In this document: positions 58,294 to 64,000 of the stretch, piece after piece
Layout: every line of letters begins with the position of its first letter
Numbering within the stretch: the first letter of the stretch is position 1
NCBI GenBank assembly: GCA_043807255.1
Contig: JAZDGD010000009.1
Coordinates: 29,476-93,475, forward strand
DNA from: Patescibacteria group bacterium
Lineage (GTDB): Bacteria > Patescibacteriota > Minisyncoccia > RBG-13-40-8-A
DNA length: 64,000 nt
Reading direction: 5' to 3'
Made by a program: the position numbers and the translations under genes
Notes under the pieces: model-generated
Database searches by the model: none
Seen by the model: the letters and a program-made list of their open reading frames with translations, nothing else
What the model was told of the DNA's origin: nothing

Positions 58294-58731
58294 TTAATTT
58301 TCTAATTTTTTAATTTTATTTATTCTTCGAATATATCTTTCGGCATTGAAAAAATCCGTTTCCAGCCAAACTTTAATAATTTTCTTTGCCTCTCGGAACG
58401 ACAACGCATGTTCGCCTAAACACAAAATATTAGAATCTAAATCCTCTCTTGATCTTATCGCTGATTTTTTTGTTGACGGACTAACGGCAACAATCCCTTT
58501 AATTTTATTTGCTGCAACACACATTCCATCGGCGTGAGTGCAAATTAAAATCCCTTTCTGCTTCGTTTCTACAACCTTGTTCGCCACCAAAACAGCATAA
58601 TCTACAAAATCATCATCGCCTTGAAATTTCAAATTGCCCAAATCAACAAAATCTGTTTTTAGTTCTTTCAAATATTCTTTGATTTTTTCCTTAAAACTAA
58701 ACCCGCCATGATCAGCGCCAAGATATATCAT
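58294..58731 (-). CDS. rpiB: Ribose-5-phosphate isomerase B
   Basis: MIYLGADHGGFSFKEKIKEYL... Confidence 0.8.
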   Translation of the reverse strand: MIYLGADHGGFSFKEKIKEYLKELKTDFVDLGNLKFQGDDDFVDYAVLVANKVVETKQKGILICTHADGMCVAANKIKGIVAVSPSTKKSAIRSREDLDSNILCLGEHALSFREAKKIIKVWLETDFFNAERYIRRINKIKKLEN

Positions 58732-58770
58732 ATGTTTGTGAATTAAAAATTAAAAGTCAAAAATTAAAAG

Positions 58771-59142
58771 TTATTTTCCCCTCATCGTCCTAACACTAGA
58801 AGCTAAAATGTTTGCTAACTCAATTAATTCTTTCAATAATTCGTTAATTTCATTTTTGTCGCCCTTATTCGCGTCTCGTAACAGTGCCAACCAAAACTTT
58901 GATTCATTTGCAGACTTTAGGGCATAACTTAAAAAATTTACAAATTCTTTTTTAGAGCTTCCGGCTATTGCTTCAACATAATTAGCGCCAATACTTGTGC
59001 CACACCGCATAAGTTGATTATCAGCGGTTTTACATAAAGTATCTGTTTTCGATAAGGTGTCTAAAAATTTTATTAATCTCAATATCCAATTATAAATCCT
59101 TCTTTTTAATTCCTCGCTAAATTTTTTATTATCTTGTGACAT
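58771..59142 (-). CDS. Four-helix-bundle protein (23S rRNA intervening-sequence protein family)
   Basis: RCGTSIGANYVEAIAGSSKKEF..FLSYALKSANE matches the family signature. Confidence 0.55.
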   Translation of the reverse strand: MSQDNKKFSEELKRRIYNWILRLIKFLDTLSKTDTLCKTADNQLMRCGTSIGANYVEAIAGSSKKEFVNFLSYALKSANESKFWLALLRDANKGDKNEINELLKELIELANILASSVRTMRGK

Positions 59143-59197
59143 TTTAATTATTAAATTTAATACTGCAACTTTAAACTTTTGATTTTTAACTTTAAAC

Positions 59198-60229
59198 TCA
59201 CTTAATAAGTTTTCCGCTTTTAATTACATGTTCAACCAAAGTTGATGAATAACCCCATTCATTATCGTACCAGGCCATAACTTTTACTAAATCGCCATCA
59301 ATAACTTTTGTAAATCCCAAATCAACAATAGCAGCGGTAGTAATGCCAATAAAATCCGAGGAAACCAATTGTTCACTAGTTACACCTAAAATCCCTTTCC
59401 AGTGTGGTTTTTTAGATGCCTCAATTAAAATATTATTAATTTCCTCAACTGAAGTTTTTCGGTTGGCTACAAAAGTTATGTCCGCCAAAGAAACCGTTGG
59501 CACCGGAGTCCTGATTGCTAGACCATCAAATACGCCTTTTAAGTTTTTTACAACCTTCGTAACTGTAATCGCTGCTCCCGTAGAAGACGGAACCAAACTA
59601 ATTGCTCCCGCCCTGCCCCTGCGCCAATCCTTCGCATCTGGACCATCAACAATTTTTTGCGTTGCCGTATAAGCATGGGTTGTATTTAAGACTGCCTTTT
59701 TTATCCCTGGATTTTCTGATAAAACCGCCATCACCGGTGCAACTGCATTGGTTGTGCAAGAACCGTTAGAAGTAATGTTTACTCGCGACATATCTTTTTC
59801 ATTAATCCCTAAAAGCACGGTTCCGCCAAGCTTAAAGCTCTCGTCGTCGTCTTTTGATGGCGCAGTGATTACCACTCTCTTGGCTCCAGCTTTTATGTGC
59901 GCAGAACTTCCCTCAAAAGAATCAAAAAATCCTGTTGCCTCAACAACCACATCTATTCCCAATCTTGCCCATGGCAATTTTATTGGATCTTTTTCTTGAA
60001 AAAAATCAATTTTTTGATTATCAATAATTAATTTTTTTTGCTTTAAATCAACACTAACCCTGTGGTCATATGCACCATAAACGCTATCGTGTTTTAAAAG
60101 ATAGGCCAAATTTTCTAAATCAGCCAAATCATTAATTGCCACGATTCTTAAATCGTTTCGTTCATGGGCTATCCTTAAAAAACTTCGACCAATTCTCCCA
60201 AATCCACTTATTGCTACTTTCGTAAACAT
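59198..60229 (-). CDS. gap: Glyceraldehyde-3-phosphate dehydrogenase
   Basis: NGFGRIGR and SCTTN motifs. Confidence 0.9.
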   Translation of the reverse strand: MFTKVAISGFGRIGRSFLRIAHERNDLRIVAINDLADLENLAYLLKHDSVYGAYDHRVSVDLKQKKLIIDNQKIDFFQEKDPIKLPWARLGIDVVVEATGFFDSFEGSSAHIKAGAKRVVITAPSKDDDESFKLGGTVLLGINEKDMSRVNITSNGSCTTNAVAPVMAVLSENPGIKKAVLNTTHAYTATQKIVDGPDAKDWRRGRAGAISLVPSSTGAAITVTKVVKNLKGVFDGLAIRTPVPTVSLADITFVANRKTSVEEINNILIEASKKPHWKGILGVTSEQLVSSDFIGITTAAIVDLGFTKVIDGDLVKVMAWYDNEWGYSSTLVEHVIKSGKLIK

Positions 60230-60244
60230 ACAATTAAATATTCG

Positions 60245-60340
60245 AATCTACAAATTAGTATACGAATCTACGAATAATTCGTTGATTCGGATAAATATTC
60301 GCATCATTCGGATAATATTACTTATATTGTAATTATACCA
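60245..60340. repeat. Palindromic intergenic repeat, family 2 (gap leader)
   Basis: cgaatctacaaattagtatacgaatctacgaataattcgttgattcggataaatattcgcatcattcggataat. Confidence 0.6.
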
Positions 60341-60343
60341 CTT

Positions 60344-61420
60344 TTAAAACTTTTTTATAATCGCATCAATCATTTCAATTGTGCCCACAGCACTGGGATC
60401 ATTTCTGTCTAACTTTAGATCATAGGTTACATCCTTCCCCTCTTTGATCACTTCCTTCCATGCATTTTCTATTTTTAGAGCAATCTTATCTTCGCCAATG
60501 TGTCGCAACATCATAATCCCCGACAAAAGAGTTGCTGATGGATTAACTTTGTTTAAACCAGTATATTTTGGCGCTGAACCGTGCGTTGGCTCAAAAACAA
60601 CAATCCCCTCACCAATATTTGCCCCCGGCGCAACTCCCAATCCCCCAACCAGTCCTGCACATAAATCAGAAATAATATCGCCATACAAATTCGGCAGAAC
60701 TAAAACATCAAAATTGTTTGGTCTCAAAACAAGTTGCATTGTTAAATTATCCACAATTACTTCTTCAAATTCAATTTCTTTATATCGTCCTGCAATTTCC
60801 CTGGCCACTTTTAAGAATAAGCCATCTGTAAATTTCATAATATTTGCCTTATGGATACAGCTAACTTTTTTACGTTTATTTTCTACTGCATACTTAAAAG
60901 CAAATTCAATTATTCTTCTTGATGCCTTTTCAGAAATCGGTTTTATGCCCAAAGCAGTGCTCAAATCAAGATTTTTATTTGTTTTTTCTTTAATCCATTT
61001 CAATAATTCTTCAGTCTCTAGTTTGCCTTTTTCAAATTCAATTCCCGCATATAAATCCTCACTGTTTTCTCTCACGATTACAATATCAATATTGCTATAT
61101 TTAGAGTTTATCCCCGTATATGACCGACATGGCCTTAAACAAGCGTACAAGCCCAATTCTTGCCTTAAGGCCACATTAACAGAACGAAATCCACCACCAA
61201 TCGGCGTTGTAATTGGCCCCTTCAAGGCAACTTTGTTTCTTTTTATTGAATCTAATGTTTTGGGTGGAAACGGTGTTCCATATTTTTCAATTGCCGACAA
61301 TCCCGCGTCCATTTCTTCCCAATCGATATTTGCACCAGCAGCATCAATACATTTTTTTACTGCATAAACAATTTCTGGTCCCGTTCCGTCGCCGGGTATT
61401 AATGTAATTTTATGATTCAT
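60344..61420 (-). CDS. Isocitrate/isopropylmalate dehydrogenase family protein (probably NAD-dependent isocitrate dehydrogenase)
   Basis: [19 protein letters not shown], and NLYGDIISD motifs. Confidence 0.7.
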   Translation of the reverse strand: MNHKITLIPGDGTGPEIVYAVKKCIDAAGANIDWEEMDAGLSAIEKYGTPFPPKTLDSIKRNKVALKGPITTPIGGGFRSVNVALRQELGLYACLRPCRSYTGINSKYSNIDIVIVRENSEDLYAGIEFEKGKLETEELLKWIKEKTNKNLDLSTALGIKPISEKASRRIIEFAFKYAVENKRKKVSCIHKANIMKFTDGLFLKVAREIAGRYKEIEFEEVIVDNLTMQLVLRPNNFDVLVLPNLYGDIISDLCAGLVGGLGVAPGANIGEGIVVFEPTHGSAPKYTGLNKVNPSATLLSGIMMLRHIGEDKIALKIENAWKEVIKEGKDVTYDLKLDRNDPSAVGTIEMIDAIIKKF

Positions 61421-61422
61421 AA

Positions 61423-62331
61423 TTATTTTTTATTATTTAAAAATTTAAACACCTCCAATGTTGCAATTGCGCCTTCAGAGACAGCCGTAACAACTTGTCG
61501 GAAATTATTGGAATTAGTTGTAATGTCTCCGGCGGCAAAAATTCCAGAAACATTTGTTTTTTGTGCTTCGTCCACTTTAATAAAACCAAATTCATTGGTT
61601 ACAATGCCCAGATCTTGTAATAAAACGGTATTTGGCACTGAACCCGCTTCAATAATTAAACCGCTTGCCTCTAATTTTTTGCCATTGTCTAAAATAACTT
61701 CTTCTAACCAATCTTTTCCATTTACCTCTGTAACATTGGCATTGTAAATTATTTCCACATTTTTTAATTCCCCAACTCTCTTGGTCCATAAATCGTCTGC
61801 CCTTAATTTATCTTTTCTGTAAATTAAATAAATTTTTTCTGCTTCTTCGGCAAGCATGACCGCACCCATCACTGCCGAATTTGCACCGCCAACAATGGCG
61901 ATATTTTTGTGTTTAAATAAAGAGACACAGTTTTGTGAGCAATAACTCACTCCTTTTTGTTCAAATTTTTCTACGTTTTTAATTTCTAATTTTTTAGTTT
62001 CCGTGCCAATTGCTAAAATAATTGATTTCGCTTGATACTCCTCTTTTTCGGAAACAATTTTAAATCCATCATCAATTTTGGCAACTTGATTAACTCTGGT
62101 TTGTTCAAAATTAACTTTTAAATGTTCCAGATGTTCATAAAATTTTCCGGCCAATTCCTTACCATTTACTCCGAATATTCCTGGATAATTTTCTACTTTA
62201 TAGGCAGTATTAATAAGTCCGCCAGAAACTTCGCCAAGAACCAAAGAATTTATGCCGAAATTCTTAGCATAAATACCCGCCGAAACCCCCGCCGGCCCGG
62301 CACCAACAATAATTAAATCATAATTTTTCAT
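61423..62331 (-). CDS. Thioredoxin reductase-like FAD/NAD(P)-binding oxidoreductase
   Basis: [11 protein letters not shown] and a second GxGxxA motif. The redox-active Cys pair is CSQNC rather than the canonical CATC. Confidence 0.65.
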   Translation of the reverse strand: MKNYDLIIVGAGPAGVSAGIYAKNFGINSLVLGEVSGGLINTAYKVENYPGIFGVNGKELAGKFYEHLEHLKVNFEQTRVNQVAKIDDGFKIVSEKEEYQAKSIILAIGTETKKLEIKNVEKFEQKGVSYCSQNCVSLFKHKNIAIVGGANSAVMGAVMLAEEAEKIYLIYRKDKLRADDLWTKRVGELKNVEIIYNANVTEVNGKDWLEEVILDNGKKLEASGLIIEAGSVPNTVLLQDLGIVTNEFGFIKVDEAQKTNVSGIFAAGDITTNSNNFRQVVTAVSEGAIATLEVFKFLNNKK

Positions 62332-62557
62332 ACCCTGTAGTAGATTTTTGACTAATTTATTATCGTCCCTCGTAGCATTTTGATCCGATGAACATCGGAC
62401 CAGTCAAAAATTCACTACGGGGCATGTTTTTATTGTAACATAAAAAGCGGTCTTTTCCAACCGCTTTTTGTTTATCCCGACGCCCTGGTCGGGGACCTAA
62501 TCAACAATCTCTATGCCCCTATATCAAGCCATTGGCTTGATCGGGGCGACATTGAAT

Positions 62558-62980
62558 TTATTCAATGTTTATGCCCATATTCTTTGCCGTTCCTTCGATG
62601 ATTTTCATTGCTGCTTCGATGTCATTGGCATTTAGGTCTTCCATTTTTGTTTCTGCAATTTGTCTTACCTGTTCTCTGGTAACTTTTCCAACTTTGTCTT
62701 TTTGTGGAACCCCAGACCCCTTTTCAATTCCTGCTGCTTTTTTTAATAAATCAGCTGCTGGTGGAGTTTTTAATACAAAGCTAAAGGTTCTATCTGTAAA
62801 AATTGTAATTTCCGCTGGAATTACATTTCCCATTTTATCTTTTGTTGCTTCATTAAATTTTCCACAAAAATCTTGAAGGTTTAATCCGTGTGGACCTAAA
62901 ACCGTACCCACTGGTGGAGCTGGTGTAGCGCCTCCGGCGGGAAGTTGAATTTTAATAATTGTCTTTATTTCTTTTGCCAT
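62558..62980 (-). CDS. rplK: 50S ribosomal protein L11
   Basis: [23 protein letters not shown]. Confidence 0.9.
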   Translation of the reverse strand: MAKEIKTIIKIQLPAGGATPAPPVGTVLGPHGLNLQDFCGKFNEATKDKMGNVIPAEITIFTDRTFSFVLKTPPAADLLKKAAGIEKGSGVPQKDKVGKVTREQVRQIAETKMEDLNANDIEAAMKIIEGTAKNMGINIE

Positions 62981-62984
62981 AATA

Positions 62985-63075
62985 ATTATTATAATGCCAA
63001 TCTACTAATCTTATGCCAATCTACAGACTGCGAATTCGCAGTTCGCAATATTGGCATTAAGTTCGCATATTCGCA
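62985..63075. repeat. 90-bp palindromic leader repeat, family 1 (rplK leader copy)
   Basis: About 90% identical to 47365-47455. Confidence 0.7.
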
Positions 63076-63621
63076 TTATATCTTTTTGACTTGTAGGAAA
63101 TCCAACTCTACTGGAGTTTCCCGTCCAAACATATTTACTAAAACTTTAATTTTACCTTTGCCATGATCAACTTCGCTGATTTTGCCTTCCATGTCCTTAA
63201 ATGGCCCATCGGCAATTTTCACAATATCGCCAACCTCAACATCAATTTTATAAACTGGCTCATCTTTGGTTTCTGCTTTTAATATTTTTGTAATTTCCTC
63301 ATCAGAAACTGGAACCGGCGTAATCCCCGAACCAATAAAACCCGTTACTCTTGGCGTATTTCTAACCACATACCAGGAATCATCGGTCACAATCATGTCT
63401 ACAAAAACATAGTTTGGAAAAAATTTCTCTTCAATTATTTGTCTTTTTCCGCCCTTTATTTTTATCTTTTTTTCCTTGGGAACCACAATATTAAAAATTT
63501 TATCACCCATTCCCAACGACTCAATTCTTTGTTTCAAATTAAAAGCAACCGTATCTTCTGATGCAGGATAGGTATGAATTGCATACCAGTGTCTTTCCCC
63601 CGTTGTTTCTTGCTTTGGCAT
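63076..63621 (-). CDS. nusG: Transcription antitermination factor NusG
   Basis: NGN domain (WYAIHTY) and KOW domain. Confidence 0.85.
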   Translation of the reverse strand: MPKQETTGERHWYAIHTYPASEDTVAFNLKQRIESLGMGDKIFNIVVPKEKKIKIKGGKRQIIEEKFFPNYVFVDMIVTDDSWYVVRNTPRVTGFIGSGITPVPVSDEEITKILKAETKDEPVYKIDVEVGDIVKIADGPFKDMEGKISEVDHGKGKIKVLVNMFGRETPVELDFLQVKKI

Positions 63622-63830
63622 TATAACAAAAATTTACTAACTAAAAATGTAAACAAAAAATCTAGACCACCCAAAAAAATCGCAACAACCAAACTTAACC
63701 CGATAACAATTAGGGTATATTTTATGGTTTCTTGCTTGGTGGGCATATTTACTTTCTTAATTTCCACCTTAACCTCTTTTAAATAATTCGTTAATTTGCT
63801 TAAAATGCTCATGGTTTTTAAAATGGCCAA
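63621..63830 (-). CDS. secE: Preprotein translocase subunit SecE
   Basis: 69 aa with a single TM helix. Conserved secE-nusG-rplK order. Confidence 0.7.
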   Translation of the reverse strand: MAILKTMSILSKLTNYLKEVKVEIKKVNMPTKQETIKYTLIVIGLSLVVAIFLGGLDFLFTFLVSKFLL

Positions 63831-64000
63831 AGGCCATCTTAATTACAAGTTTATTATAAAATAATTCCCGTGTCAATAATTATTTATAACTATCTCTTTC
63901 GTAATTTGAATTAAAAAAATTTAATGATTTTGTTCATATTTGAAGATGTCAGAGGTCATACCTCAGACATCTATATTTTTAAGACTGTAAACTAAATTCA

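Noticed and set aside
1-64000. CRISPR array or rRNA genes.
   Set aside because: No regularly spaced direct repeats with unique spacers were seen. No 16S/23S/5S-like conserved stretches were seen.

Overview
The window is AT-rich (roughly one-third GC by eye) and gene-dense, with almost all genes on the minus strand. Its gene content looks like a Candidate Phyla Radiation (Patescibacteria/Parcubacteria-like) bacterium.

Core genes cover most of the window:
- Ribosomal-protein clusters: rpsI-rplM-rplQ-rpoA-rpsD-rpsK-rpsM-rpmJ-infA; rplL-rplJ; rpmG with four tRNAs; rpsB-tsf; rpmE-prfA; and secE-nusG-rplK with no rplA.
- A heat-shock operon hrcA-grpE-dnaK-dnaJ with a CIRCE operator.
- Part of the division/cell-wall cluster: mraZ-rsmH-ftsL-ftsI-murF.
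- Housekeeping genes: cysS, dnaB, recR, alaS, mnmA.
- A sugar-phosphate block: fba, a PfkB kinase, rpe, rpiB, gap, an icd-like gene and a trxB-like gene.

Accessory content includes:
- A sortase, a CAP-domain protein and a repeat-domain surface protein at the left edge.
- A DpnI-like methyl-directed restriction endonuclease next to a tandem hairpin array.
- An IS200/RAYT-like tyrosine transposase surrounded by four copies of a REP-like palindrome, next to tRNA-Glu.

The most interesting signals are:
- Two diverged paralogous genes encoding an N-terminal winged-helix domain fused to a C-terminal Cas2/VapD-like domain. Each is bracketed, at identical spacing, by its own family of nested-palindrome repeats. 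One has a GC-rich, foreign-looking gene immediately downstream.
- A roughly 115-nt structured element with compensatory base changes, found 18 nt after the stop codons of two unrelated minus-strand genes.
- A GC-rich, roughly 250-nt transcription unit with a consensus sigma70-type promoter and a strong intrinsic terminator, which is either a small RNA or a small protein.
- GC-rich palindromes inserted in-frame inside essential genes (cysS twice, recR, alaS and the transposase).
- Two near-identical 90-bp palindromic leaders upstream of rplK and rplL, and a second palindromic leader family upstream of rpoA, gap and the Clp ATPase.
- A dnaK frameshift in a T6 homopolymer run.
- A release factor 1 lacking domain 1 and carrying PET in place of PAT.
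- An RpoA lacking its C-terminal domain.
- A Clp/Hsp100 ATPase with an N-terminal membrane anchor and a Lys-to-Arg Walker A motif.

No CRISPR array and no rRNA gene were found.
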